A DNA stretch of 64,000 nucleotides from Obrimoposthia wandeli (taxonomy: Eukaryota). Every line of letters begins with the position of its first letter. Positions within the stretch are counted from its first letter, which is position 1. The stretch spans positions 62,001-126,000 of the forward strand of contig CDROCS010003983.1 in NCBI GenBank assembly GCA_977020255.1. The letters run 5' to 3'. Below are positions 11,901 through 25,662 of the stretch, piece by piece. Under the pieces are notes generated by a model. That model had not been told where the DNA came from. It was given only the letters and a program-made list of their open reading frames with translations, and did not search any database. Both the position numbers and the translations under genes were made by a program.

Positions 11901-14900
11901 TTGAGGGAGATGGCGGTTGAGGGATGAAGGGATATGGCAGTTGAGGAGATATGGTTGAGGGATTGATATGGTGATTGAGGATATGGTATGGCAGTTGAGG
12001 GAGATGGTTGAGGGATGTGGTAGAGGGATATGGCGATTGAGGGATATGGCAGTTGAGGGATATGGCAGTTGAGGGATATGGCAGTTGAGGGATGTGGTAG
12101 AGGGTTATGGTGATTGAAGGATGTGGTGATTGAGGGAGATGGCGGTTGAGGGATGTGGTAGAGGGATATGGTGATTGAAGGATGTGGTGATTGAGGGATG
12201 TGGCAGTTGAGGGATATGGCAGTTGAGGGATATGGCAGTTGAGGGAGATGGCGGTTGAGGGATGTGGTAGAGGGATATGGCAGTTGAGGGAGATGGTGAT
12301 TGAGGGATGTGGTAGAGGGATATGGTGATTGAAGGATATGGCGATTGAGGGATATGGCAGTTGAGGGATATGGCAGTTGAGGGATATGGCAGTTGAGGGA
12401 TATGGCAGTTGAGGGATATGGCAGTTGAGGGATATGGCAGTTAAGGGATATGGCAGTTGAGGGATATGGCGATTGAGGGATATGGCAGTTGAGGGAGATG
12501 GTGATTGAGGGATATGGCAGTTGAGGGAGATGGTGATTGAGGGATGTGGTAGAGGGATATGGTGATTGAAGGATATGGCGATTGAGGGATATGGCAGTTG
12601 AGGGATGGTGGTAGAGGGATATGGTGATTGAAGGATATGGCGGTTAAGGGATATGGCAGTTGAGGGAGATGGCGGTTAAGGGAGATGGCAGTTGAGGGAG
12701 ATGGTGATTGAGGGATGTGGCGATTGAGGGATATCGTGATTGAGGGAGATGGCAATTGAGGGAAATGGTTGTTGAAGGAGTTGGCGGTTAAGGGATATGG
12801 CGATTGAGGGATATGGCAGTTGAGGGAGATGGTGATTGAGGGATATGGCAGTTGAGGGAGATAGCGGTTGAGGGATGTGGTAGAGGGATATGGTGATTGA
12901 AGGATATGGCGATTGAGGGATATGGCAGTTGAGGGATGTGGTAGAGGGATATGGCAGTTGAGGGATATGGCAGTTGAGGGATATGGCAGTTGAGGGAGAT
13001 GGCGGTTGAGGGATGTGGTAGAGGGATATGGTGATTGAAGGATATGGCGATTGAGGGATATGGCAGTTGAGGGATATGGCAGTTGAGGGAGATGGTGATT
13101 GGGGGATGTGGTAGAGGGATATGGTGATTGAAGGATATGGCGATTGAGGGATATGGTGGTTGAGGGAGATGGTTGTTGAAGGATATGGCTGTTAAGGGAG
13201 TTTCCTTGTTCTTACTGTTATTATTACTGTTACAACTTTCTTAAAATTTGATTTTTGTTTTCTTGTAATGTTTTTTTATGACTATTGCATTGTGTGTGAC
13301 TAAAATAACTGGCCCCCATTTCGGTTTAGGAAACCGCTGTCACATACGAAGTCGCTGGGCTCCTTCCCAGCTCGATTGGCCAGCAAAATATCACAGCAAA
13401 CGGACCTTGAGATTACTCCCCACGTCGAGAGACTCCGCAGCTCCAGTAAGTCGATTAACTTTTCGCACCTCCACAGAATATAAGCAAGATTTTTTAGAAT
13501 ATTTTTGATTTTATTTAAAATCGTTTAAGCATCACGTAAGAAATTTTATCGATTAAACTCTACTCGGAATATGAGGTTGTTGCATATTAAAGTTGTCGGT
13601 TTTCAGTGTCAGAATTACGATGCATCTTCATACGAGTTTTAATGAATCAAATTATCTACCGGCATTATTCATTTTTGCACTTCTATTATATTTATAATTA
13701 GGAACTCGCAATTATATTTTAGGTACACTCCTCAACTATTTCCGGGCATTTACCAGCAATGAATAGGGGAGAAAAGTTAGAAAAATGAAAATCAAAAAAT
13801 CCAAAGGATTTACGATTTGTTCATTACTTATATTTAGAAGATTTATTCATGTATACAAGATATTTATGAACAAATATTCTCGGTAGGATATTTCCAGCTT
13901 CTGATTACATAACACTCCTCTTCACTATTCGAACTTGCATTTACATCCATTCGATTCTCCTGTTGAGGATTCCTCTTGAAAACTGAATTGGACTGGACTC
14001 ATAAAATTCTATTATTCAAAATGGGCTTTAGTACTGCTTGCTATTCTTGATTCTTTTAACTTGGTCTTTTTTAACAAGCGCCTTTTCATTCACTTTAAAT
14101 ATCCTTCATTATCTAACTTTTCAGCTGTGATTTATTGGTTCTTCCTTACGTCTAAAATTGTTTGTTGTGCACTTAATGTTTGAATTTTTCTTTTTCTTCT
14201 ATAAATGACCTCAAACTGTGAATGTTTTGAGGAGCTGTTTACTGCATTTATGAAAAAAATCAATTTGTGGCAATAAATGGTTCCAGCATTTTCCTGTTTT
14301 TTGTCTATACTCTATTCTTGTAACAATCATATATCTTACCGTGCGTATAACTCTTTCTGCTAGACCGTTAGCTTGGTGTTGATAAGGTGCTGTAAGCTCT
14401 TGTTCAATACCAAATTTTCATAGCCAATTCTAAAAATAATTTCCAGTAAATTTTCGAGCTTTATCTGTTACAATGCTTTTAGCATTCCCAAATTTATATA
14501 TCCAATTTGTCTCGAGGGTTTTAGTAATTGTTATTTCATCTTCTTTTGTAGTTGCTGATAGTGTTATCAGTTTACTAAATCGATCGATTACTATTAATAT
14601 TTATTTAGATCTTCTTTCCTTGTGGGCTATTTGATCAACTATTTGATCTAAAAAATTCTTTGACTATAAAAATATATTTATTTTGTTCTGAATGTTTCAA
14701 TTTTTCTTTTGGGACTGAAAACGCTTTTTGATATTCATTCTTTTATTTCTTGAAACATTCCTTTTAATATAAATTATCTTTCATATAGTTATAAACCTTT
14801 TGCATTCCTAGGTGACAAAGATATTGATGAATTTAATTAACGTTCTTCGAAGGTACAATAATTAAATATGTAACATTTTGTTCAAGGATATCATCGTAGA

Positions 14901-17900
14901 GTTTAAGTTTCTCTTTTATCTGATAAATCCAACTTCTTTTGGATTCTTCTGATAAATCCTTACTTTCCAGTTGGAGGAAAACTTTCATTTCTTTCACATG
15001 AATATCTTCTTGTTGTATTTTCCTTATCTTACCCAAGAAGTTGTCTTCATTTAGTGAGTGAATATATCGTAATGGGTGTAGGTTTAATGCGAATACCGTG
15101 TAAAGTCTACTCAGGTTTGCGTGCGAGGGTGTAGATAATGCAGAATAAATCAACGAACAATATTAGCTGAATAAGTCAAACAGCAGTTTAAAAATGTTCT
15201 TTTTATTCGAGAAAATCGTACGTGGGCAGTTACACGGTATTGCATAATAGCATATATAGTTGAAATATAAATTTCCCCCCAATTAATCAACATGTTTTTG
15301 CATGCGTATCAATGAAACTTGCTTTCTTTACGAGGTTAGAAAATGGAATCAATAAATTTATATATGCGATAGGGATCAGATGTGAATATACAAAATCTAT
15401 TGTACAAATGGCACCGAATGTGTTCTTGTTTCACAAAAATTCATTTAAGCTCATTTACGGTTTTGGGATTTCATGCAAACTGCATTTGTGTAAAATAGTG
15501 CAAAATTGACATCAGGTTTGTTGCAAAAATCGTGTGAGGTTTAATAGTTCTCAGACAAATGAAATTGAGAAACTGTTACATGATTACGAGTTCTTTGTGA
15601 GGTTTGAAGTGTGTTTGCTGTATCTGAGGTTTGAAACCGCTGACTTTGTCCTTTGAAGTCGTATTTAACAACGATGGACCAAGAATATTTTTAATTCGAT
15701 TCGAGTGTTGTACAATCGAGACATTTGGAATTACCTCTCAATATAAACATCCTCTATTGAGTCAGGTTGGCTACTGTCAATTTCTCTAATTTAAGGAGTT
15801 ATTCTAAAATTAGGCGTGTATGACTGATTCCATTTCATGACGATTCATTTTGATAAACAATTATATCATGAACCAAAATTTCCAATTGTTAATTGTGAAT
15901 TTTATGTTATTTTTCCCATCTCCCATTTTTTCAATTACCTTTACAACAAATCAGTCAACTCAAATTATGGACCGGTTTCTAATTCGTATATTTTCGAAGT
16001 TTATTTACTGAGCTTTTGGAAGAAAATATCACAACAAGATATATTTAATCAAGGTTTTGTTTGACTGTATTGATAAAAAGAAATCGTATCACATTTTACC
16101 ACAAAATAAACAAAAGTCAAAATGTATAATTAACGTTTATAAAATCAAAATTGATCTATTCTTTTCCACTACCCCCAAAAATCTTTTTAGGAAGCTTTTG
16201 TATAGCTCCTTTATGTCATTTCAAGATAACCTATTCCATTCTTTCAGTGCATTCATAATAAAAATGATTGAAGATCTTTAAGCAGCATTAACGAAGGTAG
16301 AGGGGGAATAGCAATGTCATTTATGCATATTCATCATCCTTTAGAGATAATAGACACCAAGACCAGCATTCCACACCAAAAGACAACAACCCACACATTC
16401 ACAACCTCTGCCAGGACGTAGGTCGCTTTTGCTGTAAACACGTCTAATATTAAATGACAGTTCGGACCCATGACGAGGGTAGGTTGCCTGTCATTGACCA
16501 TTGATCACCACCATAACTAGATGGTCACAGTTTTTCGAGGTGTGAACGGTTAATGGGCTTTAGACAGCGGACGAGTTCTGTCACTGTAGTATGGCTGTTG
16601 ACAATGGTATTTAAATTAATCAATTTAGAGTATATTTAACAACGTGTAACATATTTTATGACAGAAGTTTGAGTTTTGGAATCGATTGATGCATATGATT
16701 ACGTCATTTAATTAGAATTCTCGGAATAGAGTATACTTCGGCGACTTTCTAGCACTTCCCCATTGATTTTTCCAATGTCAAGTGTGAGGAGCAAAGAAAA
16801 GGAGATGATGCTAAGCTCGTTTTGTATATTTTTGTTAAAAAAAGTAAATTATATTGAATGTTTTTCAACTTTTTTTCTAATGCTTCTGATCTTTCTAATA
16901 AAGTAATTCTAACTTATTATTTGAGATAGTTATTTTAAATGATTCAATTGAAAATATAGAATTTCTGTCATGTTCAAAATTTATATTCCCAGTTCTCGTC
17001 TATGATCCGTAGCTTATCTAAAGAAAAAGTGGAATTATGAAAAAGCAGACAAGCGCTTTTTACACAGAAAAACGTAAAATTTAAAACAACCATACATTTT
17101 TTTAATCGAAGCCATCAAAATCTTCATCAGGTTCAATATCAAAGAGATCAAACACTTAATTTAAATATTCTGGTATTTCAGATTCAATTGGTTCCTCGGA
17201 TTCTTCTCTTCTAGCAGTGGTATGAGATTTCACAAATAGTTAGCACTTCGGTTGGATATTCACAGACATTAGCGGATTAAAATCCATTTTCAATGCACCA
17301 TACTTCGATCCATTGTCGTACTTGACGAGCTCTTTTCGGCACCGACAGCAGCGATTCTCCATATTCTTTGTTTTAACAGACTTTGGTTGTATCCGTTGCT
17401 GGATGCTTGACTCGTCTGTTTCAAACTCTTAAGCTGCCGTCGCTGCATTGTCATAGCTTTCAGCAGAACCTACAACTTCAGTTTTTCGGCGATTCGAATA
17501 AGATTTTCGAGTCTTTGTTATGTCACAATTTCAGTCCATTCCAACTTGAGTATTCACTGATTTTTAAAATAGATCTTAATAAAAAAAAGATGAAATATTT
17601 AGAATATGTTTAAAATATCCACAGTCAAAAGATAAAAAATGTTTCGAAACCAAAATGCCCTATTTACTTGAATGAACTGAAGTTTAAAGATTTGAAAAAC
17701 AAGAAACTTAGCCTGTAATAATTAATTTTCAAACATTTTTATTGCACAAAATCATATAGTTTTTGGTCTGGTTGTGTCCATTAGGTGGTCTATAGGCAAG
17801 AACTCAGGGTATTTTGAAGGTATTTTCAACATTACACACGCAAGAACAGTTTTTCATTTGATTTTATTAGTGTTGGGTATAGAGAATGGACAGTGGGGAC

Positions 17901-20870
17901 TTGAATACATTTTCGTTTTAATACCAAAATTATGGTACTTTTTTTACATGGTTTCTCGAAATCTTCACCTTCCATCTGGAGGTACTGGTGAAACCTTTCA
18001 GGTGAATCTCTCAAAGCTCTTCTAATCATAGCCGTGTCAGTGTTCTCAATATGTAGCGCAGTTACGACTCTCAATTGACTGAGATCGTTGTTTTTGTCCA
18101 GGCCAGTAGATCATTTGTCGCTAATAGAACCACAGCCAGTAGTCGGCAAGTGTCAGGTCTGGAGTGCAAGCCTACCTTCTACGACCGAGCAATCTTCTGC
18201 CGACTGGCGTATCCATAATCTCCATCTCGTATCGCCGGTCCCACTGGACTACAAATGGACCACTAGGTATTCCTATTAAATTGGGCCACTTGAACGAAGA
18301 AAGCCACACGCCATACTCATTTAATGTTTGAGAACAAGTCGAATACGTTACATCCCACAACTACCAACCATCTTTTACCAGATAGAACTGATCTCAATGT
18401 AAAGAGCACCGTCTTGACTGCTTGTATTGGTTTGATACAAGAAAGAGGTTCAGTTCTCCAAATGAGAGAACCTTCTAATGTTTTAAACTTATTTTCTTGT
18501 TATCGCAGAAGCATCCAGCATCACGTCCGAGAGTGCTCAGTCCTCAAAGTCTATTGCCAAGCAGCTGAAGGTCAACAATGGCTTCAAGTTGGAGAAGCAC
18601 GTCAAGAAGTCTATGGAAGATCTCGGTCTTTGTTATGTGGATCTTCCCTTTGTCTGCAAACTGGAGCCTGCTGCCAATCCGAATACGGTTAGTGCACTTT
18701 CTTTTTCTGTACTTCTGTATGAATGGAAGAGTGATTGAACGAATGTATGATACACTCAAAATCTGAATTGGCACACGATCTGCTCAGTTGAAGGCCCACA
18801 CCGCGGAAAGAACAAAACACCATGAATATAAATTTGACTTATTAATATGAACATGTAATAATGATCTCTTTATATTAATTCCATTGCCCTAGACTACTGG
18901 ACTGGTAGACTACAGACATATGTCAATGCTCAACAGAAAATAGTATTGACTTCATACATTCATACACATTCATTGTCATATGTTATGTAAATTATCTTAA
19001 TGGTCTGTCCTATGTTCATATACTCTGACAAATTAGGAGAAAACAATATCGTGTTTTTATGTAAGTAGCGGCAACCTAGGATAATATTTCAGAAGATGCT
19101 ACAATAAAACGAGTGACATTTTTATAATCGGGATCATTGAATTACTTTGTAGACTTAAAAAATCAAGATAAGCTAAATTTTGTTACTTTGTATTTCATAA
19201 ATCTTTACCGATTTTGTCACATTAAAATCTAATCATATCTTAAAAGAAAGGTCAGCTGATTTAAGATGGTGCAATCCTTTGAGATATATTTGAGTTCGAG
19301 ACAACTAATTAAGGAGTTTGCTCTAATGAGTGTGGAATTGTATGTGACATTTGCCGCTGCTGCTGTTTCAGAAGAGTGAAGAGGAGGGCATCGCCCGAAG
19401 TGGAGAAGCGGATATTATTGATCCGATAGTGCTGACTGATGGTGACTATGTGGAGGTGCGCGTACCGGAGCCGGGGCAGCGAGTGAGGAACACCAAGATG
19501 GAGGTGCAGGTTCGCGGTGATCGTGGAGTGCGGGCTGCTCTGGGTCGCAGACAGGCTGAGTTGCGTCTAATCAGTGAGTCCAATTTGGGCATGCTGCGCC
19601 GTCTTCTGCTGGCTGCCAGGAGGGACGTGCGCCGGCAAGCTGTGGAGAGACGGCTGGCAGTGGCGGATGCGGATGTGAGTGCCCACACTGCAGCACAACA
19701 CGCCACACAAATTTCCAGTGCACCACTGCATTACAATACAACACATAAATACACTGCATCACACCCTACCACTAGACAACAATGCAACACACCAATTTCT
19801 CCACAATTTATAACACACTTCCATACTGCACCAAACTACGTAATGATATATCACACTGCATCATGCATAAACACACTGCACCTTTATGCATCACGCACTA
19901 CCACTGGACTACACTGCACTTCACTACCGATATTGCTCCACAATATATAGCTCCATACTGAACTACACAGCACCATACTGCACTACATCACACTGCACCA
20001 CATTGGACGACACTGCAACATACTGCATCTCATTACATCTGATTGCTCCACAATATGTCATATACCACCACATTGCATTACGCATAACCACACTTCCATA
20101 CTGCATCACAATATAGCACACAATTACACTACATTACACACTACTACTGGACTACACTGCACTTCACTACCGATATTGCTCCACAATATATAGCTCCATA
20201 CTGAACTACACAGCACCATACTGCACTACATCACACTGCACTTCACTGCACCACATTGGACGACACTGCAACATACTGCATCTTATTACATCTGATTGCT
20301 CCACAATATGTCATATACCACCACACTGCATTACGCATAACCATACTTCCATACTGCATCACAATATATCACACAATTACACTACATTACACACTACCAC
20401 TGGACTACAGTGCACCACTACATCACACTGCACCACACTGCATCACACTGCACCACACTGCATCATACTGCACCACTCTGCATCATACTGCACCACTCTG
20501 CATCATACTGCACCACTCTGCATCATACTGCACCACTCTGCATCATACTGCACCACTCTGCATCATATTGCACCACTCTGCACCACACTGCATGGCACTG
20601 CATGGCACTGCATGGCACTGCATCATACACTTCCACACTAGATTGCACTGCACCACACGCCATTGCATTCGATCTCTGAATCACTACAATTTATCTGTGA
20701 ACATTTGCCGATGTGACATGCAGGTGATTGAGGCCTACAACGTCATAGAAAGTTACCGACCTTCCCATCGTCAGCCACTCAAGAAAGATCGGGACGCCGC
20801 CTTCAAGGCTTTGAAGGAGCGCCAGAAGATCCTGAAAGAGCTAGAGTTACTGGACTCAGAGTTCTTCTAG
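5947..20870 (+). CDS. TADA3: Transcriptional adapter 3 (ADA3, SAGA/ATAC subunit) homologue, 9 coding exons: 5947-6058, 6094-6237, 6280-6506, 7225-7434 (acceptor tentative), 7692-8017, 13330-13445, 18509-18687, 19372-19674, 20724-20870 (587 aa)
   Basis: All exons have GT-AG boundaries and compatible phases. Recognised ADA3 blocks: ELPSLQIETEKILSQLGHRIKSL, PNKFWELMEPYCAEI, LEKHVKKSMEDLGL, LGRRQAELRLISESN...RRQAVERRLAVADADV, DRDAAFKALKERQKILKEL. Confidence 0.85.
10990..11730 (-). mobile_element. Degenerate Tigger/pogo DDE transposase remnant in TADA3 intron 5
   Basis: Frameshifted motifs AWMT, VLLMFDNCSSH, TATLQPLDRGIIKCFK and TVNCFKHA on the minus strand. Confidence 0.75.
11735..13200. repeat. 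Purine/G-rich minisatellite, about 16-bp degenerate unit GAGGGA(T/G)ATGG(C/T)(A/G)(G/A)TT
   Basis: Directly visible tandem array of about 1.45 kb. Confidence 0.95.
14250..15153 (-). mobile_element. Gypsy/Ginger-type retroviral integrase remnant in TADA3 intron 6
   Basis: HQYLCHLG zinc-finger-like segment, ILIVIDRFSK, SIVTDKARKF, APYQHQANGLAERVIRTV with stops. Confidence 0.75.
17105..17520 (-). mobile_element. Internally deleted pogo-family element (Brinker-type DNA-binding N-terminus plus acidic C-terminus)
   Basis: TRKSYSNRRKTEVVGSAESYDNAATAA*EFETDESSIQ, followed by a tail ending DEDFDGFD*. Confidence 0.55.
17930..18480 (-). mobile_element. Degenerate Tc1/mariner-superfamily transposase remnant
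   Basis: LLGRRR*ACTPDLTLADYWLW resembles WIGR..WP.RSPDL.P.DF.LWG; C-terminal QYLQMEGEDFEK resembles CI...G.HFE. Confidence 0.6.
19680..20660. repeat. CACTGCAC/ACACTGCATCAT low-complexity repeat array in TADA3 intron 8
   Basis: Visible short-unit array with an internal direct repeat of about 185 bp. Confidence 0.9.
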
Positions 20871-21819
20871 CAGCATTTACTTGTCTCAATAACGGCGCCT
20901 GAGATCTTGAGCGCGGGTTTTAATTTTGTTTATAATTGTTTATACGACACGTCTCTCTCGCTTCCTCTTCTTTACCACCCAATCACTCAATAAGCACCCG
21001 CTGTAGCTATGTCGAACGGGGTTGCAAATCTCTTGTTCTCATCGCTGTAAAGATGTTAACATTTACAAACCACTTCAGCCAACAATATAAGAGAGGTCTT
21101 GGAAAGGATTTGTGTAGATTAGCTCTATTATATGGGAAATGTGTGAAGTTTAAGAATTTGACCTTTCAAGCATTCTAAATTTTGTTCTTGTGTCTTCTTG
21201 TCTCATCTCATAATCAATTGGAGAAATAAATATGAATGGAGAACATTTGTGAGGCTGAATTTAACGCAAAAACAACAACGAAAGGTGCAAATGTAATATT
21301 ACGCCATCACAAAACATAGTCGGAGAATTCGATTAAATCGATTTTAATGAAGAGTAAGTCAGTGAAATCGAATGCTTAGCGTGACAAATTATTGGTTTCG
21401 AACAATTCCTTATTGGGCAACAATAAATATCATTACAACGATCTTCTCAATTTTATGTACACATTACCGAATAGTGTTGTCGCTTTCCAATGTTTCTGTC
21501 AGAATTTCTTCTTTTATCATTTGTTTGGTCCTCTTTCACTTTCCACTGCAATTTATCAACACTACCCAGAAGTTTATGCAATTTTCCTAAGTAACTATGA
21601 TATCTGAATGATCATTTTCATAATTCAAAAGCAGCACTGAATATTACAAAAACCATGCTGGTACAGCAATAGCAACTAGAAGGACAAAACTAGTTTTTAC
21701 TCAATATCACATATGCGTAAATGCTTTTTGTATTTCATACTTCAAAATAATTCACAAAGTGAAATTTTTGAAAATTCTATTTTTATGTTTGTATCTGTGT
21801 GTCCTTTATTCAATTAGAC

Positions 21820-22445
21820 CAGTGGTTCCTAAAGTGGGCGATATCGCCCCTTTAGAGGCGATTTTAGGATATCAGGGCGATAAAAAATTATGAACGCGAT
21901 AGGAGCCAGAAAGGTGGCGATTTTATTTAACCCAATCAACTTTTTTTACACATTTAATTAGAGTTAAACCAATTAGCGGTATTAAAATACAGTTTATATG
22001 CATTTAACGAGTAATTTATAACTAAATATTTACATGGAAATAAATAATTATTTAACATAAACAAATATTGTCAGCATGGTCAACTCATACCGATTTTAAG
22101 AAATATCATAAATTGATTTTTAAAAAATATTTCATCCGTGTCAAGTAAAAAAATATATTTCCAGTCTCTTCGAGACAAGTTTCGAAATAGGAAAACCCTA
22201 AATAACATGTTTGATATACGGCAGAAAAATGATGATTATGGATTACGTTCTTCATACAATATCTCATTGATGATTGTCAGGCCTGGCAAATCTCACACTA
22301 TTGGAGAGGAAATTATTTTGCCAGCAATAGAAGAGGTCCTATCTACTGTAATGAAACATAAATCACCTATTCAAATTATTAAATCCATTCCATTGAGCAA
22401 TAATTCGGTTCAGAGAAGAATTGATGAAATAGCTGAGAATGTTCG
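21820..22445 (+). mobile_element. hAT (Buster/Charlie-type) transposon 5' fragment
   Basis: TIR-like CAGTGGTTCCTAAAGTG at 21820; ORF 22138 contains GKSHTIGEEIILPAIEE...IKSIPLSNNSVQRRIDEIA. Confidence 0.85.
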
Positions 22446-22793
22446 AAAACAGTCTGGTAAAGCCAAGACCAGAAATTTACAACACTAAGCCAGACTCAGT
22501 CAGTGTCGACGATAACCCTCTGAATATGTCAGGACTTAGATTAGCGTCTTACTGATTACCTGATTACTGATTAGAATTTGAAATTAAACACAATTGACCA
22601 TCCCAAGTTTTTATAATTTACAACTATTTAATTTACTTAGTACGGCGACCCTATTCCAGGAGTTAGACTGCCCCGTATAAACGGCAGCTATCGCAGTTTT
22701 AATCTTGCAGAGGTTATTGTTTAAACATTATTATATGATAAAGAAAGAAATTGTTTATAAGCAAAGTAGCATTGATATAATATATTAGAACAA

Positions 22794-23429
22794 TCACAAG
22801 CGAACTTGACCATCAGTAATTTTCCAGATAAGTTTCTGGAGACCTGTACAGTTGATTTTGTAGCCCTGTATCGCAATGACGATCATCCACTTGAGTTCAG
22901 TCCCCATCTTTTCGGCGTCAAAATCATGATCTCACTTGAAGAGATTAGGATCAACTCAAATGATTATATGATTCACAACTAGGATGTTGAGATTCATCGC
23001 TGCAAAAGTATTGTTGAGATCATCAATATTTGACGGATTGATTATATGTATCTTGAAATTATATTTTGACTTATTCAGAGCCACTGGAAACATGAATCCA
23101 AATGAGATTGGAGTCTCTAAGAAATTCCTTTGCCAGTTAATAAACATAACCGGCTTGGTGAACGTCAAATCATTAGACTCCAATATTACTATTGCTGGTC
23201 TGTTGTTGCTTGAAGTGGTTAGTTTCTTGAGTTTGGGTGTAGAAACTATATCATCAACAAATAGATCCTCATTTAATGCTTGCTTCTCGAACTCGATAGT
23301 ATTAAATTGTTTGTTGTTGCTTGACATAGTTTGCTTCTTAGGCTTTGATATTAAAACTTCATCATCTGTATCCGCAAGCCTTGATGTTGGATTCTCGAAC
23401 TTGAGAGTTTTAGTTTGTTTATAGCTCAT
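22794..23429 (-). pseudogene. Polinton A1 accessory gene of the putative OB-fold/SSB-like family (two in-frame TGA)
   Basis: ORF 22956..23429 continues through two TGA into KWMIVIAIQGYKINCTGLQKLIWKITDGQVRL*, the motif shared with ORFs 27629, 39630 and 40169. Confidence 0.65.
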
Positions 23430-23515
23430 ATCAAAATAATGAATTGTATACGAAAAGTGGTAGCTTATATATCATCATACTCAATGCTGATTGGTTAATA
23501 TTTGGCTTATGAATA

Positions 23516-25617
23516 TGTTGGGGTTTCTATATGAAACTTATAGATCCTCTTGAATGTGGAGGGCCCCAACGTGAGTTCTTATAGAAGCAGGACTTAAGGA
23601 TGGTTGTGGCCTACTTAATGTTATAGTTGCCTGTCTCAATTCTTATCTGAAGGTGTTTGTTTTTGATGTTTCTTAGTCTGAAGGGTTTAGAACAATGCTT
23701 TCTAGTTGTAGGAAATCGTTTATTGTTAACACACTAGACTAACACAAAACAATACGTTTACGTACGTATTTCTAAAAAGTGACAGTAAATTCCTAAGACT
23801 TCTGTAAGTCTCTACACAAGTGGGGATGAAGCACGTATCGATTTAATTTTAGGGTGGGTTGGTTACTAGAGTCTTTAAATCAAGGGATAATTTATACGCA
23901 ATTAAGAAACAATTAAACGTAAAATATAGGACGATTATATGAAATTAAAGGATAGTTTATACGAAATTAAGAAACAATTAAACGTAAAATATAGGACGAT
24001 TATATGAAATCAAGGAACAGTTTATACGCAATTAAGAAACAATTAAACGTAAAATATAGGACGATTATATGAAATCAAGGAACAGTTTATACGCAATTAA
24101 GAAACAATTAAACGTAAAATATAGGACGATTATATGAAATTAAAGGATAGTTTATACGAAATTAAGAAAAAATTAAACGTAAAATATGGGACGATTATAT
24201 GAAATCAAAGGATAGTTTATACGCAATTAAGAAACAATTAAACGTAAAATATGGGACGATTATATGAAATCAAGGAACAGTTTATACGCAATTAAGAAAC
24301 AATTAAACGTAAAATATGGGACGATTATATGAAATCAAGGGATAGTTTATACGCAATTAAGAAACAATTAAACGTAAAATATAGTACGATTATATGAAAT
24401 CAAAGGATAGTTTATACGAAATTAAGAAACAATTAAATCTTCCACTTTTTTGTTCACAGTATTTTAATTCTTAATATTTTTACGACTTTTACTTTCCAAT
24501 ATTGCCACGTTTGGCTCTTACCTCCTCCGAATAACCTGGCGTCCGGTCTCGCTATTCCTCCTCAATTGCCGGCAGAGTTGCCCTGCTCGGTTCTCGTCTT
24601 AGGTGTTGTAGTCACACGACTCGGTTCTCGTTTCTGGTGCTGTAGGCACACGGCTCGGTTCTCGTTTCTGGTGCTGTAGTCACACGGCTCTTCCTTGGAC
24701 TCCTAATTTTTTCTGCAAGTCTAGATTTAATTTGGGTTTTGTATCCGGCTGTGTTTGTGACTTACCTTCGTCGGATGGGCCGGCTATTGGATTTCGATAG
24801 TTAATATATCCTCTTCTGTTATTATTTGGATTGAACGGTTTACTAATTTAACCGATTACTGCTTCTGTTATTATTTGGACTGAACGGTTTACTAATTTTA
24901 ACCGATTACTGCTTCTGTTGTTATTTGGATTGAACGGTTTACTAATTTAGCCGATTTACTTCTTGCCTCTAGGATTTGGCGTGAGATGTTCTGCAACGAT
25001 CGAAAAATTTCGTTAGTATTTATATAAATTTACCTTCGTCGCTGTCCAGACGCTAATGGACTTCCTGTTCGTTCCTCCGCGACTCAATTCCGCAGTCTAC
25101 TTGCTGCTTGCTGTTCGGAGGTCCCGATCCCGTTAAGTGCTCTCTCAGACACTGCTAATGGGCTCATTTGTTCCGCTGTTTGGTTCCCAGCGACTCCCAC
25201 AATTCTTCTGACGAGATTTTCCTCCTAACAATAGTTAATGGCAGTTAGCCTAATGTATTTTCTTACCTTGAGACTGGATGGCTGGCGTAGTTCCCAGCGT
25301 CAATGATTCTTCAACTTAATTAACTTCTTAATTATCTTCTCTGTTTTCTTCTTAATTGTCTTCTCTGTTTTCTTCTAAATTGTCTTCTTTGTTTTGTGGC
25401 TAGATCTTTTTGGGGCCCTTTGCTTAATTTTAAACTTTAATATATACTGCACATCACACACGACCTTCGTGGTCCTTAAATATTTTATTACAATTTTAAT
25501 CTTATCAATTCCAATTTTGATATTAAATTTATTTAATTATAACCTTGCTTTCAAGGATTTCTATTTCACTATAAAATCAATTAATTATTTAATTTATTTC
25601 AAAACCTAAACCTAACA
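23516..25617 (-). mobile_element. Solo-LTR-like element X1 (2102 bp) inserted in Polinton A1
   Basis: TGTT...AACA termini, 4-bp TSD AATA (23512-23515 / 25618-25621); end region homologous to X2 (34931-36131). Confidence 0.8.
23881..24437. repeat. 65-bp tandem repeat (about 8.5 units) inside X1
   Basis: TTTATACG recurs at 23891, 23956, 24021 and onward with period 65. Confidence 0.95.
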
Positions 25618-25662
25618 AATATTATATATAGATGGACAGTTATTTCCATTAATTAAATCACG

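Noticed and set aside
12441-12755. ORFs in the track over repeats (12441, 19886-20679, 49148-49519, 55954-57127)
   Set aside because: They are translations of mini/microsatellites lying in introns or a 3' UTR.
22794-22960. In-frame TGA codons shared by both copies, suggesting recoding or an alternative genetic code
   Set aside because: Homologous intact ORFs use TGG/CGN normally and TGA is used as a true stop elsewhere; shared stops are explained by duplication after decay.
22984-23424. Antisense ORFs overlapping real genes (e.g. 22984, 47211, 48459, 59527, 7686)
   Set aside because: They are shadows of coding sequence on the opposite strand with no independent motifs.
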